Shown here: piece after piece, positions 12,852 through 24,469 of the stretch
Layout of the letters: the number at the start of each line of letters is the position of its first letter
Position numbering within the stretch: position 1 is the first letter of the stretch
Position numbers and translations under genes: made by a program
The notes under the pieces: model-generated
The model's database searches: none
What the model was told of the DNA's origin: nothing
What the model saw: the letters and a program-made list of their open reading frames with translations, nothing else
NCBI RefSeq assembly: GCF_006345805.1
Contig: NC_043004.1
Span: 85,250,001 to 85,314,000 of the forward strand
Origin: Octopus sinensis
Taxonomy: Eukaryota
Reading direction: 5' to 3'
Length of the DNA stretch: 64,000 nucleotides

Positions 12852-12868
12852 TATATATATATATATAG

Positions 12869-13293
12869 GGGTAAAATATGAAAAATCAACGAAAATGCAT
12901 ATTGCAAATAGAAAAAGGCTATTTATGACAGGTAGAGACAAATATATACATTTAGAATTACTGAGGTAGTAAGACGAGTCATAAAGGTCATTATTATGAT
13001 ATGATTATAAGATGATAATAAAATAAGAGAACAAAACGAACCAATGGTTCGATTGAATATAACCGGTTAATATGAGACCGGTGTTGTTCAAACGATGAGT
13101 AGCTTCGCGTAAATCACTGGTTCGTTTTGTTCTCTTATTTTATTATCATCTTATAATCATCTCATAATAATGAGCTTTATGACTCGTATTACTACTTCAG
13201 TAATTCTAAATGTATATATTTGTCGCTACCTGTCATAAATAGCCTTTTTCCTATTTGCAATATGCATTTTCGTTGATTTTTCATATTTTACCC
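12869..13293. mobile_element. (TA)n-adjacent fold-back element with ~178-bp inverted arms (12869-13046 / 13115-13293)
   Basis: gggtaaaatatgaaaaatcaacgaaaatgc...aacgaacca and tggttcgtt...gcattttcgttgatttttcatattttaccc; high arm identity, ~70-bp spacer. Confidence 0.85.
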
Positions 13294-13340
13294 TTACATT
13301 TCCACGTGTATTTTCTTTTCTTTTCGTAACATATTTCTAC

Positions 13341-13383
<43 letters not shown>

Positions 13384-13384
13384 T

Positions 13385-13422
<38 letters not shown>

Positions 13423-14420
13423 TATATATACATAGATATACACTCATACACACACACACACACACACATATGTATATATATATAAATGTTTCATTTGTAT
13501 ACGCATATGGATGTATTTAGTTATTTGAAAACACGTTCTTCCTTAATTGAATTCTGAGAGCATTGAACAGAGGTCACGCATGCGTACACGCATAGACCAG
13601 AGCACAGACACACATCCTCGCCAACGCAAATACATATGCGCACACAAATTCAAATGAACAGAGAGAATTGACAATTTTTAAATGGACGCTTTTTTTCTAA
13701 TTGCATCAATAACAGTCAGTTCAACAAATATATGTTCGCGCGCGTGTGTATATGTGGGCGACTCTGTGTGTGTGTCCTTGAGTGTGTCTATGTGTGTGTT
13801 TGTGAGTGTGTATGTCCTTGAGTGTGTCTATGTGTGTGTTTAACAGAAGCAGAAATTACCAGGAAAATGCTCAGAAGGCAAATAAGAGAAACGGAATATT
13901 TTATACGACGGAAGACAAGTTGATGAGAAAATAGTAATTTTTCGTTTTTTTTGGCTACCAGATATAATGGTTTACGTACTAATATCAATATTTATGCATT
14001 TCTTTCTTTTATCCCTTGTCGTACATTTTGCTGAATTCCTGATCATGTTTTTCACATAAATCTTTCTAGTTTATTACATTTAAAAACAATTATATATATA
14101 TATATACTGTTGTTTGTTTAAATGAAATCTTCTTTGGTATGTTTCATGATGACGATTATATTTGTTAAGGAAAAAATTAAAATCTGCTCACCATGAACGT
14201 GACATGTCCTCTGTTAGACAAAATCTCCAGATTTTATGCTTAAACATACACAAAAACACATTGACACACTCAGAATGAGTGGCGCTTACAAACCACAAGG
14301 AAGCATATGTATGCACACAAATGCACGCATGTCAACATAAATTGTCTTATTTAACACATTTATTGTTTTCATAGCCATCCTTACCATTATGGTTGTTGCT
14401 GTTGTTACTATTATTACTAA

Positions 14421-14470
<50 letters not shown>

Positions 14471-14485
14471 TGTGATTAAGGTGTC

Positions 14486-14890
14486 GAGGTGGCAGAATCG
14501 TCCACACACCGGGCGATACGCGTGACTGTATTTAGTCCGTATTGATGTCAAATACAGCCAAGGTCAAATTTGCCTTTCATCCTTTCGGAATCAATAAATT
14601 AAGTATCAGTGAAATTGTAGTGTCGGACCAGTCCCATCCTCCAAATTTCAGGCCTTGTACCTATTGTAGAAATGATTAGCATTATTATTAGTACTATGAT
14701 TAAATCGAAGAGCTGGCAGAATCGTGACCACTCTCGAGCGAAATGCATAGTTCTGAGTTCAAATTTCGTCGGGGTTGACTTTAACGTTCATCCTCTTGGG
14801 GTCGATAAATTAAGTGCCAGTTGGCGTCGATATAATCGATATACTCCTCCCACAAATTTCGTATGTTGTGCATACAGTAGAAAGGATTAT
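14486..14890 (+). mobile_element. Two adjacent degenerate SINE family B copies (Meta-like body tttcatcctttcggggtcgataaa)
   Basis: Heads ggcagaatcg at ~14490 and ~14715; bodies gcctttcatcctttcgg / catcctcttggggtcgataaattaag. Confidence 0.7.
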
Positions 14891-15062
14891 TATCATAGAC
14901 GTAGGAGTGGCCGTGAGTTAAGTAGCTTGCTTACGAACCACATCGTTCCGGGTTCAATCCACAGGGTAGCACCTTGGGCAAGTATCTTCTACTATAGTCT
15001 CGGCCGACCAAGTCTTGTCTGTGAGTAGATTGTTAGACGGAAACTGAAAGAAGCCCGTTGTA

Positions 15063-15171
<109 letters not shown>

Positions 15172-15338
15172 GATATATATATATATATGTATATATACAA
15201 CTTATAAACAAGTGTAAAAGAAAAAAATTCTAATGCAAAATATGCTGAAACTAGACACATCGTCCATAACCATATAATTCATCACTATAAGCACGCGTCT
15301 TGAAGAAAGCCGACAGAAATTTCTGAAAAATTTCGTTA

Positions 15339-15398
15339 TTATCACATCGGAACCGATTTCAGAGTTAATTCATAAGACCTTCTCTTCGTCAGTGATAA
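15339..15398 (-). ncRNA. Type-I hammerhead-like motif with non-cleavable G at position 17
   Basis: Minus: ttatca-CTGACGA-agag(17 nt)ctct-GAAA-tcggttccga-T-G-tgataa; helices I, II and III all pair. Confidence 0.55.
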
Positions 15399-15590
15399 AT
15401 GCGGCAAAGAAATGAATGAAATACTTACTTATACCCATGAAAGAAGCAAACACTAAGTTATGAGCACAAATAAGTACCCCAAATATATCCAAAATAGAAA
15501 TTCAGCAGCCAATTCGAGGCACGTGCGATTTGAACTGAAAACTCTCATATAGTGAGAGAGTCCGGAAGTGAACACTATTAAATTTACATC

Positions 15591-15829
15591 TAATGTAGGA
15601 TAACATTTTTCAAAAAATGTTATCAATGGCCAGCATATTAACTAATACCTTTAAAGGTTAAATATATAAACAACGTGTAAACAAGGGCAAAAGAAAAAGA
15701 AATTCTAATGCCAAAGATTTTTTTCTTTTGCCCTCGTTTGTAAGTTGTTTATAAATTTAACCTTTAAAGGTATTTTTTAATATGCTGGCCGTTGATAAAA
15801 TTTTTTTCGAAAAATTTTATTCTATATTA
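15591..15829. repeat. Imperfect inverted repeat (~110-bp arms, ~20-nt loop)
   Basis: tcaatggccagcatatta...cctttaaaggttaaat...gggcaaaagaaaaa versus tttttcttttgccc...atttaacctttaaagg...taatatgctggccgttga. Confidence 0.8.
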
Positions 15830-16110
15830 TATATATATATTTGAAAGTTCGTCTTTGTTTGTGTGTCTGTGTTTGTCCCCCCAACATCGCTTGACAACCG
15901 ATGCTTGTGTGTTTACGCTCCCGTAACTTAGCGGTTCCGGTTCGGCAAAAGAGACCGATAGAATAAGTACTAGGCTTACAAAGAATAAGTCCTGGGGTTG
16001 ATTTACTCGACTAAAGGCGGTGCTCCACCATGGCCTCAGTCAATTGACTGAAACAAAAAAAAAGAGTAAAAGAGAGATTATGCGATTCTTTTCTTTCTTT
16101 CTTTCTTTAA

Positions 16111-16230
16111 GGAGGCGAGTTGGCAGTATCGTTACCACGCGTAGACTCATGCTTAGCGGCCTTTTATCTGTCATTACATACGGAGTTCAAATTCCACCGA
16201 GGTCGACTTTGCCTTTAGTAGAAATGATTA
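16111..16230 (+). mobile_element. SINE family B 5' fragment
   Basis: ggcgagttggcagtatcgtt...gagttcaaattccaccgaggtcgactttgcc. Confidence 0.65.
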
Positions 16231-16489
16231 TTATTATTACTACTACCTTTGTTCTTGTTGCTGCAAAGAAGCCGAGTTGTGGTAATCGTTACTCTGCCAG
16301 ACAAACTGCTTCAATACATTTCTCCAGTCTTAACGTACTGCTTTCAAACTTTTCCTGATTTCGGGTTTGATAAAATAATTTTTAAAATCAGTTAAATACT
16401 AAGGTCGTTGTTATCATTATTATTATTTTTATTCGTTCATCTCCTAACATTGAAGATGTATTTCAGCGTCACATGTTAGCTATTTGTGG

Positions 16490-16960
16490 ACTGAAGAAAC
16501 ATCCCTTATGCTTTAACCACTTTCCGTAGCATTCGAGTACTTACCTCCGATTGCAGCCCCTGAACGTTCATTGTACTTCTCAATATTTCTACATTGGCGA
16601 AGACTCCAAGATTTATTGGTGTTACTGCCACCTTTTTCAGAGACCATAACTATTGAACCTCTAAGGGCAAACTGTCAATTCTATATTTATTCTAGTTCTT
16701 TATCACCTGCCTTGTTGTCAGCAGGTCATGTTATATCTATGATCCAGTACTGTTTGCTTTATTTCTAAATCATTACTATATCTAGCTTCCTGTCATTTAT
16801 CTCATGCTCACAAAGAATTTTAAAGTCACATGGGATTTTTGCCTTATCGTTTCGATAATGTATTCAGGTTGTGTTCGTACCACTTTCTTGTTCTGTCAAA
16901 TTAGCCCAATCGACTATTCCTATTATCATGCTGACAGTTATATTATTTCTGACTTTGTGG
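16490..16960 (-). mobile_element. Degenerate RLE-type non-LTR retrotransposon C-terminus (R4/Dong/NeSL-like)
   Basis: Manual minus-strand translation with stops/frameshifts: KWYEH..EYIIE.DKAKIPCDFKI...RKLDIVMI...WIIDIT.PADNK..DKELE...LWSLKKVAVTPINLG, matching the WYEH/PDIV/ID..P/K..KY RLE pattern. Confidence 0.65.
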
Positions 16961-17119
16961 TTTACATCTCCTTGTAATATGCCGTAGAGTTTTTCCTATT
17001 CCCTCCACAAATTCTGAACTTGTCACTCATTTTGTGTATTTTTACGGTGTTGTGTAATCTGTGTTTGACGCAATTAGCTCTTGGGCTGCACATATTAAGG
17101 CTTCTGCTGTCAGTGTAAT

Positions 17120-17310
17120 GTAGCCAGCAGGTAGAAACGTTAGCACGCCGGGTGAAATGCTTAACGACATCTCGTCCGTCTTTATGTTCTGAGTTCAAAT
17201 TCCACCGAGGTCGACTTTCCCTTTCATCCTTTCGAAGTCGATGAAATAAGTACTATTTGAGCCCCTTCCCCAAAATTTCAATCCTTGTGCCTACAGTAGA
17301 AAGGATTATT
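17120..17310 (+). mobile_element. SINE family B copy
   Basis: gaaacgttagcacgccgggtgaaatgctt...gaggtcgactttccctttcatcctttcg; ends in (ATT)n. Confidence 0.8.
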
Positions 17311-18253
17311 ATTATTGTTGTTGTTAATTAGCATGAGTGTTTCTTCTCTTAGTTTTATTTCGAAATCTCAAGACCTGAAATAAAGAAACTATATTCATTG
17401 ATAGGCCATTAAGATAAACACACCATATTGTTCAGTTACAAAATCAAGTTATGTGAGAAAAGAAGAGAAACGGAAGAGAGAAGAAAAAGAGACAAGAGAA
17501 AGAAAAATATTACAAAGTTCGTTATCGTTCTCCCAGCAGTAACGCTCTCCTCTACACGCGTGACGCTCGCCTTTCAACAATCTTTTGCATTCCTTTCTTA
17601 AATTATAGGCCATAGTTCATTCTCAAATAATTTTCAGCTCCTCCATCATTATTATTATTATGGTTGTTGTCGTATTTCAGTAGCCGTCTTTTTCAAAGTG
17701 TGCCATCATGGCCCCCACAATACACGGTTCTATGTCTCTTGGGTAATTGCTGTATACTTGTATGACATTCAGCTCTGACATATTTATTGAAAATAAGTTG
17801 GCCAAATTCCATTAGTGATACATTTTTCTATAGCATTATATATCTTTGCAAATACACGTTCACCACATACATTTCTTCCTATCATTTTTTTTTTCAATAC
17901 ATTGCGATTTATCTATCATTATATGATTGTTTGCTGTTCTGTTACATTAATTTTTATTCCTCCAAACTACTAGATCATTCTTTTCATTTATTCTTTGTTT
18001 TTCTTGTTTGTTTTTTTTGTTGTTTTTTTTTTGGTAAAATGTCATCTGCTGAAACGAAACGTTTTCATATGTGGTGTTTCTTTGAGGGTCATTGACAACG
18101 CTCAACCTTTTATATCCAACGCCCGTATTTAATGCATGTTGATATTACACCCGTTAACTTCATATTCAATATATTACCGGCATAATTTTCTGTGTATAAC
18201 TATCCACACTCTCTAATATTTATTAATTTATTTTATCTTACTAGAAATAGTTT

Positions 18254-18560
18254 GAGGCGTAATGGCCCAGTGGTTAGGGCAGCGGACTCGCGCTCGGAGG
18301 ATCGCGGTTTTGATTCCCAGACCGAGCCTTGTGTGTGTGTTTATTGAGCAAAATGCCTAAAGCTCTACGAGGCTGCGTCAGGGGTAGTGGAGACTCCTGT
18401 TGTACTCTTTCGCCCCAACTTTCTCTAACACTTTTTTCCTGTTTCTTGAGTAACGCTGCGATGGACTGGTGTCCTGTCCAGCTGGGGGGAACACATACGC
18501 CACAGAAACCAGGAAACCGGGCCCACGAGCCTGGCTAGGCTTGTGAAGGGCGCATAAATA
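18254..18560 (+). mobile_element. tRNA-derived SINE family C (OR1-like), tail type 1
   Basis: gaggcgtaatggcccagtggttagggcagcggactcgc head with A/B boxes; tail gatggactggtgtcctgtccagc...gagcctggctaggc. Confidence 0.85.
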
Positions 18561-19029
18561 ACAAATAGAAATAGTTAACTACAATATATTAACAAATGAT
18601 AGTTATTAGATAATTTACAATAGGAATACCACCTTCCGTATGTTTTGACTGTGTGATGTAGCAAAGACCTTAACTGTTGCAATTTGAGACAGTGTATTGC
18701 GAATTTTGTCTTTCTGAGCATTTGTACCTTGATAATTATTTTCGGGTGCAGGTCAAATTTGCATTGCGTTAGTATCATGTTAGCATAGTTATCTGGGTAT
18801 AGATTCTTAGTTTAGTTTTCTTTCTTCTTCGGACTTTGTGTTGCTATTCGCCCTCTTTCTTTAAAGCAGTTGTATTTCACCCTCTGCTGCCTCCCTTGGT
18901 GACATAAATCACTTGCCTTTATGGCTTCTGCTTCATAGTCATTCATACATACATACTTGCATACAAACATACACAGACACACATATACATACACATATAA
19001 TAGATAAATAGACGCACAGATCAATAGAT

Positions 19030-19460
19030 TGATTGATTGATTGAGTGAGTGAGTGAGTGAGTGAGTAAGTGAGTGAGTGAGTGAGTGAGTGAGTGAGTGA
19101 GTGAGTGAGTAAGTGAGTGAGTAAGTGAGTAAGTGTGTGTGTGTGAATGAGTTAGTGAGTGAGTGAGTGAGTGAGTAAGTGAGTGAGTGAGTAAGTGAGT
19201 AAGTGTGTGTGTGTGAATGAGTTAGTGAGTGAGTGAGTGAGTAAGTGAGAAAGTGAGTGAGTGAGTGAGTAAGTAAGTGAGTGAGCGAGTGAGTGCTTCA
19301 GTGTGTATGTGTGAATGAGTGAGAGAGTGAGTTAGTGAGTGAGTGAGTGATTCAGTGGGTGAGTGAATGAGTGAATTAGTGAGTCAGTGAGTCAGTGAGT
19401 GAGTGAGTGAGTGAGTAAGTGAGTGTCTGAGTGACTGCTGACTGACTGAGTGACTGATAT
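19030..19460. repeat. (GAGT)n microsatellite
   Basis: Direct reading. Confidence 0.95.
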
Positions 19461-19604
19461 GGTACAAGCATAGCAGTGCTGCTAATCTGTTATTACAATT
19501 CGGGATACGTATGCACCAGAGTATAGCATTTGGAGGAGTGGCGCATAATTTTCGCGTTAGTTTAATACTCAGACGCACACACACATACATACATACTTAC
19601 ATAT

Positions 19605-19717
<113 letters not shown>

Positions 19718-19989
19718 TGTATGCACGTATGTATTATTGTATTCGGTATGGTCATTTTTCTTTTTTTCCAAATAAACACACACGATGTATGAGGTCACAG
19801 ATGGATGACGAAATATTTTCGTACAATGGTCATGAATTAGAATAAGAACATAGCATTAATAAACGAATGGATAACAAATATATAGGGCGCTTGTTTATAT
19901 GGCAATAAAAAAGATAACCATCCCGAAATACAACATCTGTTTCAATAAACGATTCCCCATCAGAAGTCTTGCAACACAAATTCATAAAC

Positions 19990-20058
<69 letters not shown>

Positions 20059-20642
20059 TGTAAATGCCTAATTAATTAACATAGTCACGGTTCTATTTCC
20101 ACTCGTTTACTTCTCTTTTTTCTTAAACTTCCGTTGCTTCTTGCAACCTCTTCAATAGTTGTTGACTGTCCGTTATCATAGCTGCGTTCTTTTTCTTTGT
20201 TTGTGTGGATGTGTGCGTCAGTGTGCATGTGTATATGAATATGTATGTATGTATGTATGTATGTGTATGTTTGTATTCTGCATGTTTATGTGTTTGTGTG
20301 TGCATGTTTGAGTATTTATGTGTATGTATTTGTGTGTGTATGTACTTGTGTGTGTGTGTGTGTGCAGTTGTGTCTCCCTGTGTGCGCTTGTTGGATTGTG
20401 ACTATGTGCACTGGTTTGTCTGACTATGCACAAGCATCTGTTATGTATGACTGTGTGTCCCCATATTTGTCTGTGTGGGTATGTTCGGAGTGCGAGTGTC
20501 TGTAATTGCTGATCTGTTTCCGTCTCCTTTTGTGTATGTCTGTGTGTGTGCTTTTCTGTCTGTATTATCTATATACCTATCTATCTATTTAAGGATCTGC
20601 TTACGCACATATCCATTTACCTACCTATACATATATATATAT

Positions 20643-20674
<32 letters not shown>

Positions 20675-20699
20675 AACGTATTCGTGTACGTAAATCACA

Positions 20700-21400
20700 G
20701 CCAACAGCAAATCTACCTGTGTATGTATATACTGTGTGTATTGAGGTATCACTACCTTCTACGTGTCTCTCCTATTTTATAAGGGGATGTTTCATTTATG
20801 AGGGTGTAATCCTGTACTTGTCTGAGTGTAGAGTCCTTCGGGTGCTTGGATAAAGTACGGATGTCAGGTCGACGCAGTGTGTCTCCATATTGGTCTATGG
20901 CATGTTGGCAGAATTTGGAGGGCTGTTCTTTGTCGTCATATTGTCTCAAATGTCTATTTAGTCTCTCCACAATGCTTCTAGATGTCTCGCTGTTGTATAT
21001 CATTTTATTGTCTTTACAAGCACCCTCTATGGACCGCCTGTTATATGTTACATTTCTAGTTCTAACCGAATGCCAGGGTTAATCTTACATATCATGCAGT
21101 TCTCATTGCTGCATGTGGTATCCTGAAGGTGGTACGTCCTACGTAACTGTGATCTGACGGAGTTCCTTGACTTTTCAGCGATCTTAATTTTGAGTTTTGT
21201 TCCCTTCAGAGGTTTCGTAAATCTACGGGCTAGTTTCCCATGTGCATTGGCATCTACAAAAATCACTCCTTCACATTTGTCGGCATTGTACTACTTGTTC
21301 ACCTTATTTGCTTTGCCACAAACTCTCTGTATCCTATTCCAGTCTTTACCTCTGTATCTGGGACATGCACCACGGGTTTAATTACATATGAATCTATCTA
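20700..21400 (-). mobile_element. Penelope-like element fragment: linker, Zn finger and GIY-YIG endonuclease (pseudogenised)
   Basis: ORFs give VIFVDANAHGKLARRF..LKIKIAEK..SVRSQL..CSNENCMIC and IYNSETSRSIVERLNRHLRQY..SKFCQH..IRTLSKHPKDSTLRQV, i.e. CCCC linker followed by the YIGETxR..ERLxEH pattern. Confidence 0.75.
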
Positions 21401-21559
21401 CCTTCTTTCTAGCTCCTCTGTATACACGAATCATATTTTCTGGCCATATATATATATATATATATATGCGTGTATGTGTGTGTGCGTGGGTGTGTGTATG
21501 TGTATGCATACATACCGATGTACCTCAGCAAGTGGTGGACTTTGTAATAAAATGACTGA

Positions 21560-23200
21560 TGTCGCTACTACAGCATAAACCAAGTACTAAACTTAAGCTA
21601 GAAAATAGAAGCTGAATAGCTACAAGCCATTTTAAATTCTCCTAAATTCTTTTCATTATGTCTTTCAACATTTTTCAGTTTTTCTTTAAGTGTTATCGTG
21701 CATTTAAACATGTTATAATAGTTTTCAAACCTGTAGAAATATTCACATTTCAGTATCAGTAGTAAATAGAATTTGTTTCTGTTTTTGTATTTGAATTTTT
21801 TTATTCTAAATGGAATCATAAATTTTCTGTTTTATTTTTCAGTTATGCTAATTCATTTAGCGTCCAGTTAGGAATATTGCAGCTATAACTATAGAATGCT
21901 AGATTTACAGCTTACTGTGGCTGTTTTTCGTTTCATTTTCTCTGCCTTCCTGTTACAAGCATAAATCTGATGCGTCTATAATTTCCCTATCCTTAAAATT
22001 TTCTTTCAAATAAGTGGGTTGCAATCTGTAATCAGCTAGCATACAATCTGAGGTGTGCGTTTTATTTTTGAAACCTGCATTGCAATTCTTGATCATATTC
22101 CTTGACCTAATATTAGTGGAAGAGAGTGAGGGTGGTTTATGTTTCAATGGCGTCTTCGACACACGCTTATAAGTTATATTCTCTGTGGTATGCGGGATCA
22201 AAGGCAGCTTGCTGAGACTGGTTCAGCTAAAAACGGGAAACAAAATTTAGCATAAATAATATAGCTTTGCAGTCTGCTCTATGTCCATTATTAACCTTCC
22301 TAGATAGAGAAATAATAAATTTCATTCAATACATATATAATCGATAACCTGATATGCGGATACAGATTTAGAATAGAAGTTCTTATTGATTGAAGATGTT
22401 ATTTTGGTTTTAGAGATATTTCACATATTCCAATGTAAGAAAATTATATTCCATGTAGCAAATGGAGGATAATAAAGTCAGAAATAAGAGTGTTGAATTG
22501 ATGGTTATACGAACTACATTATGAAATTTATATATAGAAACACACAATTATACATATATATGTGTGTGTGTGTCTGTGAGTGTACACGATTCCGCATGAG
22601 AGATTTTGTAATCCAGTTTGTATGATGTCTCTAACTGGTCCTAAAAGTATTATGGGTTCGATAACATAACATAGCATTGCATAACTGCTGTGCTCCCGAA
22701 ACATGCATTTAGAATGGCGATCCCAGTTGTTGCACATTCATGAACATTCTTCAATATTCAATCGCATCAATATAAGTATATGAAGGTAAGTATCATAGGC
22801 CTATTGACTGAGATAATGTTTTATTCCATAGAGTGTTACAATAAAATCGAGTCTTCAGATACATGAAATACGGTATGTTATTCACCCGTTTAAAACCTTT
22901 AATAAAATCCGAAATTCTCCTGTATGTACGTCAGTTAATGATATAATATGGATCGTTAAATCGGACTTGGAAGACATTACACTTCGATAAATATTGAGAC
23001 TTAGTGCAAAGATATGACCCATCTGATACTTTCAATGTAATTACGAGTTCTTATTTAAGGGTCCCAATATATATACCCATTTGCTTTTCGGTACACATCT
23101 ATACCAGTAATCTTATCCATTTCATATACAACGTTCTGCGTACCGACACAAGCAACAGTCTAAGGATATGCAGATATGAATCTAATAAATAATGTTGAAA
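21560..23200 (-). mobile_element. Possible highly decayed Penelope-like element (RT and GIY-YIG traces)
   Basis: Broken-frame traces such as LPYIG and VIDYICIE*N..YLG (22270-22460), and NNIPYF (LPFLD-like); weak. Confidence 0.25.
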
Positions 23201-23267
23201 CTATAATTCTATTACGCATTCGCCTTTCGAGAGTCTCACAATTTTATATCAGTATAAATTCCAGTAG

Positions 23268-23570
23268 TGGAGGCACATGGCCTATTGGTTAGAGCAGCAG
23301 ACACGCAGTCGGCTGATCGTGGGTTCGAATCTCACACCGGGCGGTCTATGTGTTTATGAGCGAAACACCTAAGCTCGACGCGGCTCCGGCAGAAGGTAAT
23401 GGCGAACTCCTTCTGACTCTTTCGCTACAACTCTCTCTCACTCTTTCCTCCTGCATCTTGCAGCTCACCTGCGACAGACCGGCGTCCCGTCCAGGAGGGG
23501 ACTCTATATGCCAAGGAAACCGGGAAACCGGCCCTATAAGCCAAGCATGGCTTGAGAAGGAATAAACAAT
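23268..23570 (+). mobile_element. SINE family C variant
   Basis: ggaggcacatggcctattggttagagcagc...ggttcgaatc head; tail gaccggcgtcccgtcc...gaaaccgggaaaccgg like 18254-18560. Confidence 0.8.
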
Positions 23571-24469
23571 ACATTCCAGTAAGAAAATTATAAACGCTTA
23601 GATGGTGCTATAGCATCATCTACTATAATAATACTCTTGTGTTTTCCTCCGTCACAACGTATGAACGAGAAAGGAAGGGGGTGATAGCTAAAGGAAAAAT
23701 GAAGGAAGGGGTGATGGCAAACTTGGTAGTGTGAACGTTTCAACTCTGTGTGTGTATACGTGTATAAGTTTGTGCGTGTTGATGGCAAGTATGTGAATGT
23801 TTGTATGCGAACCAGCTTTCTTTCAGTAACAAACGATGATCGATGTCACATGACAACCACTAGATAACATTGACAAGTGTATTACTTTGATTTACCTTCC
23901 ATATTTATGTATCAAATACTAAAATTAACCACCATTTCTGACGGCACGGGGTCAGCTATTAATGTTATTAAAGGCGATTCCAAAATATGAAACAACGAAC
24001 TTCTCTACCATTAATCTATTACACAAAGCTAGAATAATTGTACGTTTAACCTTCACTAAAATATATATATACCCCTGAAAGGTGGAAGGGGGGGTCACTA
24101 GTTATGAAAGCAAAACACATCGTGGGGCAGAAATGAGAAACAATCATGTTCTTTCCGATAATATTTAAATACATATAACCTATTAAGTGTAGGGGAAAAG
24201 CGATTATTTAGATTTCTTTTAAGATGAGTTCTATAGAATATCAATAAAAATATTCATTTTTCTAAACGGTTTGGAATGAGGAGAGGAAATTAATAAGAGC
24301 AGTAAGAGAAAATAAGGATAAGAAAAAAAAAAAAGAATTGTGGAATTAGCCACTCGCACTCCAAGACCTGGATAAATATAAATATAATAGTTATCTATGT
24401 ATATACTATACATGCGCGCGCGTGTATATATAAATGTATGTATCTATATTTATTTTTTTATTCTTTTAT

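Noticed and set aside
16545-16660. Apparent minus-strand exon ending gag|gtaagt
   Set aside because: Better explained as part of the decayed RLE retrotransposon frame.
18254-18330. tRNA-like heads (also 23268, 40130-40200, 45684, 57670-57745)
   Set aside because: They continue into SINE bodies and lack complete acceptor stems, so they are not called tRNA genes.
19925-19965. ctgatgg...gaaacagatgtt hammerhead-like string (minus)
   Set aside because: A9 is mutated and there is no helix I pairing.
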